From Bryobacteraceae bacterium (GTDB lineage: Bacteria; Acidobacteriota; Terriglobia; Bryobacterales; Bryobacteraceae): a DNA stretch of 64,000 bases. Shown here in pieces: positions 8,892 through 19,090 of this stretch. Each line of letters begins with the position of its first letter. The stretch's first letter is position 1. The notes under the pieces were generated by a model. That model saw only the letters and a program-made list of their open reading frames with translations. It did no database searches and was not told the origin of the DNA. A program made the position numbers and the translations under genes. Location: positions 25,593-89,592 of the forward strand of contig DATKFU010000290.1 in the NCBI GenBank assembly GCA_035511215.1, written 5' to 3'.

Positions 8892-10133
8892 TTATAGGCG
8901 GGATCCCGCCCGCGCGGCCCGCTCCCGCAAGCGCCGCTCGCGCCGCCGCAAGTCCGCGGAATCCTCCAACGCCAGAGCGCTATGCGTCATCTCCAGAGCC
9001 ATGGAATAATTGCGTTCGCGGTGCTCGTAATGCATCGCCAGTTCCCGCAATGCGCGCGCCCGGTACGTGTTTCGCGACGAGGCCAAGTCTGTAAACATCG
9101 CCAGCGCTGCATCCGGCCGGCCCAGCCGTTTCTCCAGCGCGCCGATATCCCAAAGGGTGCGGAAGAGCAGATCGTCCGGCAAACCCAGATCCACCGCACG
9201 CCGCAACAGCCGCAGGGCCTCCTCGTGCCGTCCGGCTTGCAGCACCCAGCGCGCCAGTCCGATGACATCGGCGCCATGCCGGAAGGCAGTCTCTTCCGGA
9301 GAACGAAAGGCGAATGGCACGATGGCCGTCAGGCACGCCAGCGACAGAATGTCGATGGCATTGTGATGGAAGACCGGCACTAGCCGGAACGCCTGTTGGG
9401 TACGCAGATACTCGAAGTAATAGTAGGGAATCATCTCGCCGGGCAGGTCGCCCTGGCGCTCGACGCCCAGAATCCGGTTCTCCAGCTCCACCAGCCGGCA
9501 GCTCTCCAGCCGCAGTTTCCACAGACGCCGCGCGCCGAACAGCAGATCCAGATGCGCCAGCCGCTCGAAGGGATGCCGCGCCCGCGACATGCGGAAGCGC
9601 GTCTCCAGCAGCGGCTGATCGTATGTCTTGCCATTGTAGGTGATCAGCACATCGAACTGCGCCAGGTGCTCGGAAAGCCGCCGCAGCAGGGAGGCCTCTT
9701 CGCCGTAGTCGCGCATGAAAAACTGGCGCAGCCGGAACCCCGCGGGCTCGATGTTGCCGACGCCGATCAGAAAAGCGTAAGTGCCGGTGCCGCCGGCCAG
9801 ACCCGTGGTTTCGGTGTCCAGGAAGGCCCACTTGGTCGGGTGTGAAGAGCAGATCGCGCCGTCCGAGAGTGAATCCAGCAGGTCCGCCGGCAACTCGTGC
9901 AGGTTCGAGATATCCATGCTGCCGTGGCGCCGGTGTCTTTCGAACAGCTTCTCGGTTTCGAAGTGCTCGCCGCACGCTGTGTGGACCACCTCGCCGCTGA
10001 TGAGCTCCTCGACGAAGTAGCGCGCCGGCCGCAAATCGGGTGGGACCGGCTTGGGCCTGTCGTCCGTCCACTTCTTGTCGATGTGCGCGATGCGCCGCCG
10101 CAGTATTGCGAGTTGTTCCTGGATATCCTCCAC
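8892..10133 (-). CDS. YprB-like protein: RNase H-fold exonuclease domain plus TPR repeats (COG3359-like)
   Basis: FLDTETTGLAGGTGTYAFLIGVG (DEDD-type exonuclease motif I) in the middle, and a TPR-like C-terminus (ALRLLRRAVDLGLPDD..., RALRELAMHYEHRERNYSMALEM). Confidence 0.7.
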   Translation of the reverse strand: MEDIQEQLAILRRRIAHIDKKWTDDRPKPVPPDLRPARYFVEELISGEVVHTACGEHFETEKLFERHRRHGSMDISNLHELPADLLDSLSDGAICSSHPTKWAFLDTETTGLAGGTGTYAFLIGVGNIEPAGFRLRQFFMRDYGEEASLLRRLSEHLAQFDVLITYNGKTYDQPLLETRFRMSRARHPFERLAHLDLLFGARRLWKLRLESCRLVELENRILGVERQGDLPGEMIPYYYFEYLRTQQAFRLVPVFHHNAIDILSLACLTAIVPFAFRSPEETAFRHGADVIGLARWVLQAGRHEEALRLLRRAVDLGLPDDLLFRTLWDIGALEKRLGRPDAALAMFTDLASSRNTYRARALRELAMHYEHRERNYSMALEMTHSALALEDSADLRRRERRLRERAARAGSRL

Positions 10134-10202
10134 TATTCGCCTTTTATTTGCCTATCATAACCCAATCCGCGGGTAGTTCAAGGTACTATAGCCGTTGGCC
10201 TT

Positions 10203-11633
10203 GTGAAAAACACGCGCCTCTTTTTCCTGATGTTGTTCGCACTGGTCCTGGCCGCGCGCCTGTGCCATCTCGATATCCTGTGGGCCGAAGAGACCCTGCC
10301 CCTGGCCGCCGCGGCCCAGATGGCGCACGGCAAGGTGCTGTACCGCGACATCTGGTTCGACAAGCCGCCGCTGCTGGCCTGGACTTATCTGGCGTGTCCG
10401 GCGCGGGGCGCGCGCGGCGGCTTTCCGTTGCGTCTGGCCGGAGCGCTCTACGTGCTGCTGGCCTGCGGCATCGCCTGGCGCTTCGCGCGCGACCTGTGGG
10501 GGCGCCCGGAGGCGCTTTGGGCCGCCAGTCTGCTGGCGTTCTACCTGGTGTTCGATATTCCCTCGGCGGTTACGCCGCTGGCCGCCGATCTGCTGATGCT
10601 GGCGCCGCAGCTCGCGGCAGTCTGGCTGGCCTGGCGCGGGCGCGCCTTCTGGAGCGGCGCGCTGGCGGGCATCGCCTTCCTGATCAACTCCAAGGGCGTC
10701 TTCGTGCTGGCCGCCTGCGCTCTATGGAACCTGCGCGCGCTGCCGTTGCTGGCGGCAGGGTTTGCGATTCCAAACGCGCTCGCGCTAGCCCTGCTGTGGA
10801 GCCAGAGCGCACTCGGCGCGTACTACGAACAGGTGTGGAAATGGGGCCGCATTTATACGGCAGCCACGTTCGTTGCGAATCCATGGACAAACGGGTTGGT
10901 GCGGACCGCGCACTGGCTGGGCTTTCACGCCGCCATCATCATGGGCGCGCTGTGGTTCTGGTGGCGCGACCCGAAGGCGGATCGCGTGCGCTGGGCCGCC
11001 TGGGCGGTGATCTCGTTCGCCGCCGTCGCCGCGGGTTGGCGCTTTTTCCCCCGTTATTATTTCCAGCTTCTGCCGCTGGCCGCACTGGCCGGTGCGCGCG
11101 GATTCGTGTTGCTGAGCCGCCGACGCGCGATGGCCATTGCCGCGTTGCTGCTGGTCCCGCTGTTGCGCTTTGGCCCCCGCTACGCGCTGCTGGCGCGCGG
11201 CCTGATTGCAGACCGGCCGCCGCACTGGGCGGATATTGCAATGGACCAGGACAGCCGCCGGGCCGCGCAACTCTCGCGCCAGTGGAGCGCGCCCGGCGAC
11301 ACCCTTTTTGTGTGGGGCTTCCGCCCGGAGTTGTACGTCTATACGGGTCTGCCCGCCGCCTCCCTCTATCTCGACTCCCAACCCCTCACCGGCGTTCCCG
11401 CCGACCGGCATCTCACTCTGTGGCAGCCGGTAGACAGCGAAGACACGCGCGCGCGCCGCGCCGAACTCGCAGGCACGCATCCGGCTTTCATCATGGACGG
11501 GCTGGGGCCCTTCAATCCGCACTTGGCGATCGGGGCATATACGGATCTGCGCCCATGGCTCGCGCAATATCAAGAGGTGGCCCGGACCGATACCATCGTG
11601 ATCTATCGCTACTCAGTCAACAAGCGCTTGTAA
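10203..11633 (+). CDS. GT39/ArnT-like (PMT_2) membrane glycosyltransferase
   Basis: GTG start. N-terminus FFLMLFALVLAARLCHLDILWAEETLPLAAAAQMAHGKVLYRDIWFDKPPLL is typical of lipid-linked-sugar-dependent GT-C enzymes, and there are many TM helices. The overlapping 632-aa ORF at 10040-11938 is a shadow frame. Confidence 0.75.
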   Translation: MKNTRLFFLMLFALVLAARLCHLDILWAEETLPLAAAAQMAHGKVLYRDIWFDKPPLLAWTYLACPARGARGGFPLRLAGALYVLLACGIAWRFARDLWGRPEALWAASLLAFYLVFDIPSAVTPLAADLLMLAPQLAAVWLAWRGRAFWSGALAGIAFLINSKGVFVLAACALWNLRALPLLAAGFAIPNALALALLWSQSALGAYYEQVWKWGRIYTAATFVANPWTNGLVRTAHWLGFHAAIIMGALWFWWRDPKADRVRWAAWAVISFAAVAAGWRFFPRYYFQLLPLAALAGARGFVLLSRRRAMAIAALLLVPLLRFGPRYALLARGLIADRPPHWADIAMDQDSRRAAQLSRQWSAPGDTLFVWGFRPELYVYTGLPAASLYLDSQPLTGVPADRHLTLWQPVDSEDTRARRAELAGTHPAFIMDGLGPFNPHLAIGAYTDLRPWLAQYQEVARTDTIVIYRYSVNKRL

Positions 11634-12604
11634 ATTTTCCACAAACGCGGATAATCCAGATCCAACATCACTTGCGCCGCAGTGGCATCCGGAGCCAGCT
11701 TGCGCTCCAGCGGTACGGTTGCGCCGTAAGTCTTCCCGAAGCGGGTATCCACGTCCAGCCAAGCCGTCTCGGACCTGGTCACGAACCCGGTATCGAGCAG
11801 CCACGCGGCAGGCAGTTCATCCCAGAGAAATCCGCTGGCGTCCGGATTCTTGAGAAAACCCGGATAGCGCAGGCCGTAGTCTGCTTTGTATCGATCGGTA
11901 AGCGGCGTTTTGGCCGCGATAATCTCGTCGAAGCGTGACTTGGTCAGCACCGCCCTGTTGCAAATATCCAGCGGAAACATGACTTTACCGGGGATGCGCG
12001 ACCGGAGCACCGCCTGTGCTGCCTCGGGATCGAACCAGAAGTTGAACTCCGCCGCAGCCGACGCATTGCCCGGCACGTGCACGTTGCCTCCCATAAACAC
12101 GATGCGCTTGATCTTCGTTTCCAGATCCGGGTGCAGCCGCAGAAGCATCGCCACATTGGTCATCGGTCCCAGCGCGAGTATAGTGATTCGACCGGGGTTT
12201 TCGAGTACTAAAGCGGCGATCGCGTCAAGCGCCCCAGGCCGTCGCAGCGGCGCCAGCTTGGCCGGGTTCCCAAAGGCCCCTAGAAACTCGATCGGCCCTT
12301 CCATCTTGGCCATGGCGGCCGTGTGAACGAGCGGCATTTGCGCGCCAACGTACGGCTTGATTTCAGGATGGCCAAGCAGGCGCAGGATTTCCGTGAGATA
12401 TCCGGCGCTCTCGGCGGCCCAGACATTGCCCGAGACCGCCGTGATCGCGTCCACGTGCACCTTCTCGGGGCTGCGCAGTGCCATTACCAGCGCTGCGCCA
12501 TCGTCGCCGAAGAAGCCGCAGTCGGTGTCAAAAACGATCTTGTCGGGCGCTGTATCGGCGGACGGCGCGGCGGCAGCCAGCAGGAGAAGGGGCCACAAAG
12601 TCAT
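11609..12604 (-). CDS. Inosine/uridine-preferring nucleoside hydrolase family protein, with a signal peptide
   Basis: Signal-like MTLWPLLLLAAAAPSA followed by IVFDTDCGFFGDDGAALVMAL (DXDXXXDD-type motif). Its 3' end overlaps the convergent GT39-like gene by 25 nt. Confidence 0.85.
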   Translation of the reverse strand: MTLWPLLLLAAAAPSADTAPDKIVFDTDCGFFGDDGAALVMALRSPEKVHVDAITAVSGNVWAAESAGYLTEILRLLGHPEIKPYVGAQMPLVHTAAMAKMEGPIEFLGAFGNPAKLAPLRRPGALDAIAALVLENPGRITILALGPMTNVAMLLRLHPDLETKIKRIVFMGGNVHVPGNASAAAEFNFWFDPEAAQAVLRSRIPGKVMFPLDICNRAVLTKSRFDEIIAAKTPLTDRYKADYGLRYPGFLKNPDASGFLWDELPAAWLLDTGFVTRSETAWLDVDTRFGKTYGATVPLERKLAPDATAAQVMLDLDYPRLWKIYKRLLTE

Positions 12605-12644
12605 TGAGCCATTATCGAACGGCTGCTAGACTAACTGTTACGCC

Positions 12645-14066
12645 ATGAGAATCCTGATGGTGGCCTCGGAGGCAGCCCCGTTCGCCAAAACCGGCGGCCT
12701 GGCAGACGTGGTAGGGTCGCTGCCGGCCGCCCTGAAGGCTTTGGGCCACGAGGTCGCGGTTTTGTTGCCGCGCTACGCCACGGTGGAGCTCAAGAACGCG
12801 CGGCGCGTCTATGACTCGCTGCCCATCTGGCTCCCACCCGAGCGCTACGACACATCCGTTTACCTGATCGAGCGCGAAACGCCCTTCTATTTCCTGGATT
12901 GCCCGCCGCTGTACGACCGGCCCGGCTTCTATGGCGAAGACGGTGTGGACTATCCCGACAATCACATCCGTTTCGCGGTCCTGGCGCAAGCCGCGTTGAC
13001 TTTCAGCCGGCGCATATGGCGGCCGGATATCCTGCACGGTCACGATTGGCAGGCCGGACTGGCGCCCGCATATCTGCGCAGCATATATGCCAATGACCCC
13101 ACCTTCCTGGGGATCCGCTCGCTGTTCACGATTCACAACCTGGGCTACCACGGGCTGTTTCCAAAAGCCGCGCTGGCGGATATCGCGCTGGAAGGAAGCG
13201 AGGAGTTCACTCCCGGCGGGCTGGAGTTCTTCGGCAAAGTCTGTTACCTGAAAGGCGGCCTGAACTATGCAGACGCGCTGAACACGGTCAGCCCGACCTA
13301 CGCGCGCGAAATTCAGACTCCGGAATACGGTTTCGGACTGGATGGGGTGCTGCGGGCGCGTAGCGCGGTGCTTACCGGCATCTTGAACGGCGTGGACTAC
13401 GCGGAGTGGAATCCGGAGACCGATCCCCTGATCGCGGCGCATTATTCGAGCACCGATTTTAGCGGCAAGCGCGTCTGCAAGCAGGACTTGGTGAACGCGT
13501 TTGGACTACCGGCCGAAGCCGTGGACGCGCCCCTGATCGGCATCGTCTCCCGCTTCACCAGCCAGAAGGGCGCCGATCTGATCGCGGAGGCCGCCGACGG
13601 CCTGGTAGCCGAAGGCTATTACATGGTGGCGCAGGGTGCGGGCGAACCGCAATACGAGGAGCTCTTCCAGGCAATCGCGGCGCGTCATCCCTCGCGCATC
13701 GCCGTGCGCATCGGTTACGATAACGCGATGTCGCACAAGATCGAGGCGGGCGCGGACCTCTTCCCGATGCCCAGCCGCTATGAGCCCTGCGGCTTGAACC
13801 AGATCTACAGCTTGAAATATGGCACGGTGCCGGTGGTGCGCGCGACCGGCGGGCTTGATGATACTATCGAACCTGGGACTGGTTTCAAGTTCTGGAACTA
13901 CTCCGGAACCGCGCTGCTGGACGCTTTGCGGGCGGCGCGCGCGGCGTTCGCCGATTCGGCGGGCTGGCGGGCGATCATGCAGGCCGGCATGGCCAAGGAC
14001 TTTTCATGGCGCGTCTCGGCAGCAGAGTATGCGCGGCTTTACGAACGCTTGGGCGCCCAGGTTTGA
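12645..14066 (+). CDS. glgA: Glycogen synthase
   Basis: MRILMVASEAAPFAKTGGLADVVGSLPAAL (KTGGL motif). Length of 473 aa and C-terminal GT5 motifs (PSRYEPCGLNQIYSLKYGTVPVV) fit. Confidence 0.95.
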   Translation: MRILMVASEAAPFAKTGGLADVVGSLPAALKALGHEVAVLLPRYATVELKNARRVYDSLPIWLPPERYDTSVYLIERETPFYFLDCPPLYDRPGFYGEDGVDYPDNHIRFAVLAQAALTFSRRIWRPDILHGHDWQAGLAPAYLRSIYANDPTFLGIRSLFTIHNLGYHGLFPKAALADIALEGSEEFTPGGLEFFGKVCYLKGGLNYADALNTVSPTYAREIQTPEYGFGLDGVLRARSAVLTGILNGVDYAEWNPETDPLIAAHYSSTDFSGKRVCKQDLVNAFGLPAEAVDAPLIGIVSRFTSQKGADLIAEAADGLVAEGYYMVAQGAGEPQYEELFQAIAARHPSRIAVRIGYDNAMSHKIEAGADLFPMPSRYEPCGLNQIYSLKYGTVPVVRATGGLDDTIEPGTGFKFWNYSGTALLDALRAARAAFADSAGWRAIMQAGMAKDFSWRVSAAEYARLYERLGAQV

Positions 14067-14115
14067 ATCCGGCGGCCTGAGAATGGATCTAATTCTAACA
14101 GGAGAGTAAAAGATA

Positions 14116-14463
14116 ATGGCGGGTCAAAATACCCTCACCTTCACGGACGGCAGCTTCGACCAGGACGTTTTGCGGTCGGAGGTGCCGGTTTTAGTGGATT
14201 TCTGGGCCGAGTGGTGCGGCCCTTGCCGGCAGATGGCGCCGACCATTGATGTGGTAGCCCAGGAGTATGCCGGCAAGCTGAAAGTGGGCAAATTGGATGT
14301 GGATTCCAACATCAACACGGCGGGGCGCTACAACATCCGCGGCATTCCGACGCTGTTGCTGTTCAAGGACGGCAAGGTGGTGGAACAGCGGGTCGGCGCC
14401 GTAGGCAAGTCCGAAGTCGTGCGTATGGTCGACGCGCACGTTAGCGTGGCGAAAGTTTCATAG
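14116..14463 (+). CDS. trxA: Thioredoxin
   Basis: 115 aa with the WAEWCGPCR active site and the typical IRGIPTLLLFKDG string. Confidence 0.95.
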   Translation: MAGQNTLTFTDGSFDQDVLRSEVPVLVDFWAEWCGPCRQMAPTIDVVAQEYAGKLKVGKLDVDSNINTAGRYNIRGIPTLLLFKDGKVVEQRVGAVGKSEVVRMVDAHVSVAKVS

Positions 14464-14526
14464 GCGGGCCACCGCGAGTCATGGGCGGTTACGCCTGCCG
14501 GTCCGATGAAGCCGATTTCTGCGCTT

Positions 14527-14925
14527 CTATAGCCGCGGACGCGCTTCCGCCAAGTCGTCTGGCTGCATCATCCCGATGGCTTCCTGGCACGGCACGCAAT
14601 AGCGCGCCCATGGCACGGCCTGCAACCGTTTAGGCGGAATAGGCTGCTCGCACGCGAGGCAAACGCCAAAATCACCCGATTGCACGCGGTCCAGAGCTTC
14701 TTCCACCAGGCGGAGTTGTCCGTAATCCAGACTATTCAACCGGAGGGAGACGAATTCGTCGTGCGAGAGCTGCGCCTGATCTTCTTCAGCTACACGTCCC
14801 ATTTTGGCGATCGTATCGAACTTGGCTCCCAGACCGGAGACGACCCGGTCCCGCTTCTCGATCAGCATCTGGCGATACGTTTCTGTTGAATTTGACAACA
14901 CTGCGCTACTTCCCCGTTTGTTCAT
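14527..14925 (-). CDS. DksA/TraR-family C4 zinc-finger regulator
   Basis: CLACEQPIPPKRLQAVPWARYCVPCQE four-Cys finger after a coiled-coil region. Start chosen at ATG 14925, which has GGGAGG about 9 nt upstream; the track's TTG 14946 is an alternative. Confidence 0.85.
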   Translation of the reverse strand: MNKRGSSAVLSNSTETYRQMLIEKRDRVVSGLGAKFDTIAKMGRVAEEDQAQLSHDEFVSLRLNSLDYGQLRLVEEALDRVQSGDFGVCLACEQPIPPKRLQAVPWARYCVPCQEAIGMMQPDDLAEARPRL

Positions 14926-15042
14926 TAACTGGCCCCTCCCTTGCAAACTGGTCGTTTAAGACCGTAAGCACTTTAATGGTTAAGAAACGGTACCAAAATT
15001 CTCGCCGAAATTCAAGCTTTTTTTGGAAATTGTCTAAAGAAG

Positions 15043-15741
15043 TTAGAAATCGGCGCCGTAAGCGGGTATGGCGGCTCCCGTAATCTCCCCGCCCGCATCG
15101 GAAACCAGGAAGGCGGCGATGTCGGCAACGTGCCCGGTTTGAACCCACTTAGAGTGGTCTGTATCCGGGCTGGCCTTGCGGTTCGCTTCCGTATTCATGG
15201 TGCCGGGCAGGATGGTGTTCGCGGTGATGCCGGCGTCTTTGTTTTCGAGCGCGGCCGTGCGAATCAGCGCCACCAGAGCGGCCTTCGAGGTATTGTACGC
15301 GCTTAGATTCGGCGCCGGCTCGACGGCCTGGCGGCTGGAAACCGCCACGATGCGCCCCCGCCCGGCCTGCCGCATTGGCGGAATCACGACACGCAAAACG
15401 TTAAACGCCGCCCTCAGGTTCACGTTCATCATCAGGTCCCAGGTGTCGTCGTCAGTCTCGGGTATGGGCGAGCCGCCGGCGAATCCGCCCATCACGTGCA
15501 CCAGTGCGTCGATCTTCCCGAAGCGGCTCATAGTGGCATCCACAAGCTGGCGCGCGGACTTGGCGACGGTCAGATCCGCCGGTATCGCGGCAAAACGGGG
15601 ATTCGCGAAATCGGAATCCAGGATGCTCTTCGCAGATCCGGCCACGGTGGCGCCCGCCCCCAGAAACGCGCGGGTGACGGCAGTTCCCAGCCCGCCATTG
15701 GCGCCGGTGATCAGGACCACTCGATTGTCGAACTCATTCAT
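15043..15741 (-). CDS. SDR-family oxidoreductase
   Basis: VVLITGANGGLGTAV (TGxxxGxG), NVNL and YNTSKAAL (YxxxK) motifs. ATG 15741 forms an ATGA overlap with the stop of the DUF1223 gene. Confidence 0.9.
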   Translation of the reverse strand: MNEFDNRVVLITGANGGLGTAVTRAFLGAGATVAGSAKSILDSDFANPRFAAIPADLTVAKSARQLVDATMSRFGKIDALVHVMGGFAGGSPIPETDDDTWDLMMNVNLRAAFNVLRVVIPPMRQAGRGRIVAVSSRQAVEPAPNLSAYNTSKAALVALIRTAALENKDAGITANTILPGTMNTEANRKASPDTDHSKWVQTGHVADIAAFLVSDAGGEITGAAIPAYGADF

Positions 15742-16526
15742 GGCTTTGCTCCGCCCGGAATCGCGTACATCGCGGCGCCCCAAACCCGGCCGTTACCCGC
15801 TTCCTGCACGAAGGCAATCAGCCGCGATTCAGCCGGTGCATCTGCCGCGCGAATCGAAACCACCTTCTTAAACGTCTCATGGCCGCCGACGGTCCCAACC
15901 TGCTGGATCTTTCCCGCAATGGATACGTGGCGCAGCGTGCGGCCCCGATTCTCTCCGCGCAGAACATCTGAGGTCCCGCTGTTTGCGGCGTATGTTACGT
16001 AGACGTTGGCCTTGTGAGTCTTTCCCTCCGGAAGGGGATCCACCTCAAGCGTCACGGCCGCCTCGCCGGATGCCGCGGCGCGAATCCGCACGCCCACCTT
16101 GGGCTGTACCGCCGCCTGCCGGATGACCGCGCCGGCTTTTTGTGCGTCGCTGCCGTTGCACTCCGCGCTGCCGTCCACCACCATTTCGGGCGTATAGGGG
16201 CCGTCCAGGCCAAAGCGCCGCGTATAAGTCTCCTGCCGGCCGGTGAATGCGGCCGAGGAGAACGGATCCGTCCACCCGTCATGGTTCCAATAATCCACAT
16301 GTTCGCTGAGCACGATGATTTGGGCCTCTGCGACGGGCTGGTCGCGGTCCAACTTTTCAAGCAGCGCATCGGCCGGCGGGCAACTCGAACAGCCCTCCGA
16401 AGTAAACAGCTCTACCAGCACTGGCTGGCGCTGATTCGTCAAATTGTCTCCCGCGCCTGCGGGTCTTGGCGCGGCCAGAATCGCCGCGGCCAAGGCGAGC
16501 CAGAACAGCTTTCCTCTCATGTGCAC
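15738..16526 (-). CDS. DUF1223-family secreted thioredoxin-fold protein
   Basis: Signal peptide MHMRGKLFWLALAAAILAAPRPAGA, then the hallmark VLVELFTSEGCSSCPPADALL. Confidence 0.85.
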   Translation of the reverse strand: MHMRGKLFWLALAAAILAAPRPAGAGDNLTNQRQPVLVELFTSEGCSSCPPADALLEKLDRDQPVAEAQIIVLSEHVDYWNHDGWTDPFSSAAFTGRQETYTRRFGLDGPYTPEMVVDGSAECNGSDAQKAGAVIRQAAVQPKVGVRIRAAASGEAAVTLEVDPLPEGKTHKANVYVTYAANSGTSDVLRGENRGRTLRHVSIAGKIQQVGTVGGHETFKKVVSIRAADAPAESRLIAFVQEAGNGRVWGAAMYAIPGGAKP

Positions 16527-16647
16527 CTACCCCCCTATTCCGATTCTCGCGCAATCGGGACTAGGCGGCTATGCTGGGAACGGACGCCTTCAAATGGGCA
16601 CTAAGCCAGCCATCGCCTCTTGTGGCGCTGGCTTCCACGGAGGCGAA

Positions 16648-18606
16648 TCACATATAATCCGGCACCTGAATGCCCAGAATATCCAGCGTCCACTCCAGTT
16701 GCCGGCGGAAGAAGTCGGTCATCCAGAGCAGGAACACCTTCTTTTCCCGGTTCTCCTCGTGAATGATGGGATACAGATGATAGAAGTTGTTGAACGTTTG
16801 CGCGAGCTGAAACGCATACTTGGCCACGTGCGCCGGCTCTCCCGCGGTAACCGCGCGCTCCACCGCCGCATCCGCTTTCGACGCGGCCAGTAGCACTTGC
16901 CAGAAGTCTTCGCTCGCAAGCTGCCGGCCCAACGCGGCGGGCGTCAGTTCCGCCGCAAAATCGGGCAACCGCTCGCCCTTCTCTTCCAGCTTGCGCAGAA
17001 TGTTCCGCGCCCGTACGGCGGCATATTGCACGTAAGGTCCGGTCTCGCCCTCGAAACTCAACGCCTCCTGAAAATCGAACGCGATCACCGAATTCCGCGT
17101 GTACTTCAGCAGGAAATAACGTAGCGCGCCAATGGCAATCTGCGAGGCGATGGCGCGCTGTGCCTCGGACGTAGCTTCGCCGTGGCGCGCCGCCACTTCG
17201 TCCAGCGCCTTGTCAATGAGCGTGTCGATCAGATCGTCCGCCTTCACGCCCAGGCCCTTGCGTCCCGAGACTTCGACGTACGGCCGCTTGCGGTCTTCTT
17301 CGGAAAGCGGGATGCCCAGTTCGGCGCAGCAGCGCGGCGACAGCGCCACCATCTCATACGAAAAGTGTACGGATTGCGCGGCTTGCTCCGGGTAGCCCAG
17401 CGCCTTGAGTCCCGCCACCACCACGTCTTGCAGATACGATTGCCGCACGTCGATGACATTGTAGACGCGCGTGGCGTGGCCGAAAGACGGCGTCCCGGCG
17501 GCGTCCGCTTGGGGCTTGTCCGTCGAGACCCACAACTCGCGGCCATCCGCGTAACGCATGAACGGGCGATAGTGGAAATCCTTGCCCAACAACCCGAATT
17601 TCCAGAGCTGATAGGCGATATCCTTGCCCACATACGTGACCGTGCCGTCGGAACGTACGATTACCTTGTTATCTTCCGAGCCGGAGTCGCCCGCGAATGC
17701 CGCGGCAGGCATCACCCAACATCCCGCGTTCTTGCCCTGGGTTTCCAGGTAGATAGCCTCGCGCTGCTTCAGGAGATCGAACGCCGACGCCCAGAACCGC
17801 AAGTGCAGAATCTCACTCTCGCGCGGCAGTACGTCGTACTCCACGCCGAGCCGCAGCATAGTGGCCAGATGCCGCTCGACAATCGCATCGGCCACGATAT
17901 GGGCCAGTTCGGCCTGCGGGCCGCTGGCGGCTTCGATGGCGTGCAGCGTCTCGCTGCGCCACGCGCGCGATTCGGGCGCCTCGGTGTAGTAAGCCGACGT
18001 GCGCGCATATAAGTCCCAGCAGAGATAATCGAAGCGCACGCTGGGGTCCGCGATAAGCTGGCGGACCTCGGCGGGCGTCTTATGCTCCAGGTAATGAAAG
18101 CCGGCCACGACATCGGCCACCTGCACGCCAGTGTTATCGATGTAGTTCTGCACCTCCACACTCTGCCCGCGCGCGCGCATCATGCGCACGAACGTGTCGC
18201 CCAGCGTGGCGTTGCGCAGGTGCCCGATATGCGCCGCTTTATTGGGGTTGATGTTAGTATGTTCGACGATGATCTTGCCGCTGGCCGTAGCCGTGGCTGC
18301 GGCCGCTGGGGTAAGCAGCCCCTGCGCGTAACCGGTGCGATCGAAACGGATGTTGATGTATCCGCTGCCGGCTACCTCGAGCGCCGAGACACCCGGGATC
18401 GGACCCAGTTCGCCCGCTAGTTCGGCGGCGATCTTGCGCGGCGCCTGCTTCAATTGTTTGGCCAATTGGAAGGCGGCGGGCACGGCCAGTTCGCCGAATT
18501 CGCTTTGCTTGGGTTGCTCGACGGCCACCGCTAGATCGATGCCGTAGCGCGCCTGGATGTGGTCGTGGAAGGTGCGCTGAACCTGTTGTTCTACGGAGTG
18601 GAACAT
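16648..18606 (-). CDS. argS: Arginine--tRNA ligase
   Basis: Class I HIGH motif (PNKAAHIGHLRN), 652 aa, a DALR-type C-terminal domain, and the terminal Met typical of ArgS. Confidence 0.95.
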   Translation of the reverse strand: MFHSVEQQVQRTFHDHIQARYGIDLAVAVEQPKQSEFGELAVPAAFQLAKQLKQAPRKIAAELAGELGPIPGVSALEVAGSGYINIRFDRTGYAQGLLTPAAAATATASGKIIVEHTNINPNKAAHIGHLRNATLGDTFVRMMRARGQSVEVQNYIDNTGVQVADVVAGFHYLEHKTPAEVRQLIADPSVRFDYLCWDLYARTSAYYTEAPESRAWRSETLHAIEAASGPQAELAHIVADAIVERHLATMLRLGVEYDVLPRESEILHLRFWASAFDLLKQREAIYLETQGKNAGCWVMPAAAFAGDSGSEDNKVIVRSDGTVTYVGKDIAYQLWKFGLLGKDFHYRPFMRYADGRELWVSTDKPQADAAGTPSFGHATRVYNVIDVRQSYLQDVVVAGLKALGYPEQAAQSVHFSYEMVALSPRCCAELGIPLSEEDRKRPYVEVSGRKGLGVKADDLIDTLIDKALDEVAARHGEATSEAQRAIASQIAIGALRYFLLKYTRNSVIAFDFQEALSFEGETGPYVQYAAVRARNILRKLEEKGERLPDFAAELTPAALGRQLASEDFWQVLLAASKADAAVERAVTAGEPAHVAKYAFQLAQTFNNFYHLYPIIHEENREKKVFLLWMTDFFRRQLEWTLDILGIQVPDYM

Positions 18607-19068
18607 CTACGGAAGGAACTCCGGATCGAGGATCTGCTCGACCGTGAACGGGCATTCGGCGGGAAAGATATCGGACCGCAGTCCTGTTTCCGCCACTGTT
18701 CGCCGCACGGCTTTCGTGTAATTATCCCGCAACTCGTTGGCAACCATGCTTTTCAAACTGGGACTCTGCTTGAGGTCGTCCTCGATCTTTATCCGCTGGG
18801 TAGCAATCGCACTAATCCACGATCGCGAGCGCCTGGCAGGCTGCAACTGCCATTTTAGGAGGTGCTCTACCAGCACCTGCAGGCGATTGTTCAGCTCTTT
18901 CAGGTCCCGCTTGCCCATGTCTTCGATTTCTTCGGCGATATGCTCGATGTCGGCTTGGTTATAATGCCCCGCGCGCAACAATTCCCCGTTCACACGGGTC
19001 CACTCGAAGAAATCCTCGTCGTAGAGTCCGGCTGGATCCGCCGCGGTTTTATCAAGTTGTGATTGCAT
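18607..19068 (-). CDS. DUF29-family protein
   Basis: YDEDFFEWTRVNGELLRAGHYNQADIEHIAEEIEDMGKRDLKELNNRLQVLVEHLLKWQ is canonical DUF29. AAGAGG lies upstream. Its stop TAG 18607-18609 abuts the argS ATG 18606 (TAGATG). Confidence 0.85.
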   Translation of the reverse strand: MQSQLDKTAADPAGLYDEDFFEWTRVNGELLRAGHYNQADIEHIAEEIEDMGKRDLKELNNRLQVLVEHLLKWQLQPARRSRSWISAIATQRIKIEDDLKQSPSLKSMVANELRDNYTKAVRRTVAETGLRSDIFPAECPFTVEQILDPEFLP

Positions 19069-19090
19069 TCGGCCTCTTCATTGTACCCGC

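Noticed and set aside
10040-11938. 632-aa ORF overlapping the GT39-like gene and the nucleoside hydrolase gene
   Set aside because: It has Arg/Ala/Pro/Gly-dominated composition typical of off-frame reading in high-GC DNA, has no motifs, and overlaps two well-supported genes.
14059-14075. tRNA T-arm-like string ggtttgaatccggcgg
   Set aside because: It lies across the glgA stop codon. There is no matching acceptor or anticodon stem around it, and the flanking sequence cannot form a cloverleaf.
16603-16634. 8-bp inverted repeat aagccagc/gctggctt after argS as a terminator
   Set aside because: It has a 16-nt loop, no further pairing and no U-tract on either strand. This is too weak to list as a feature.
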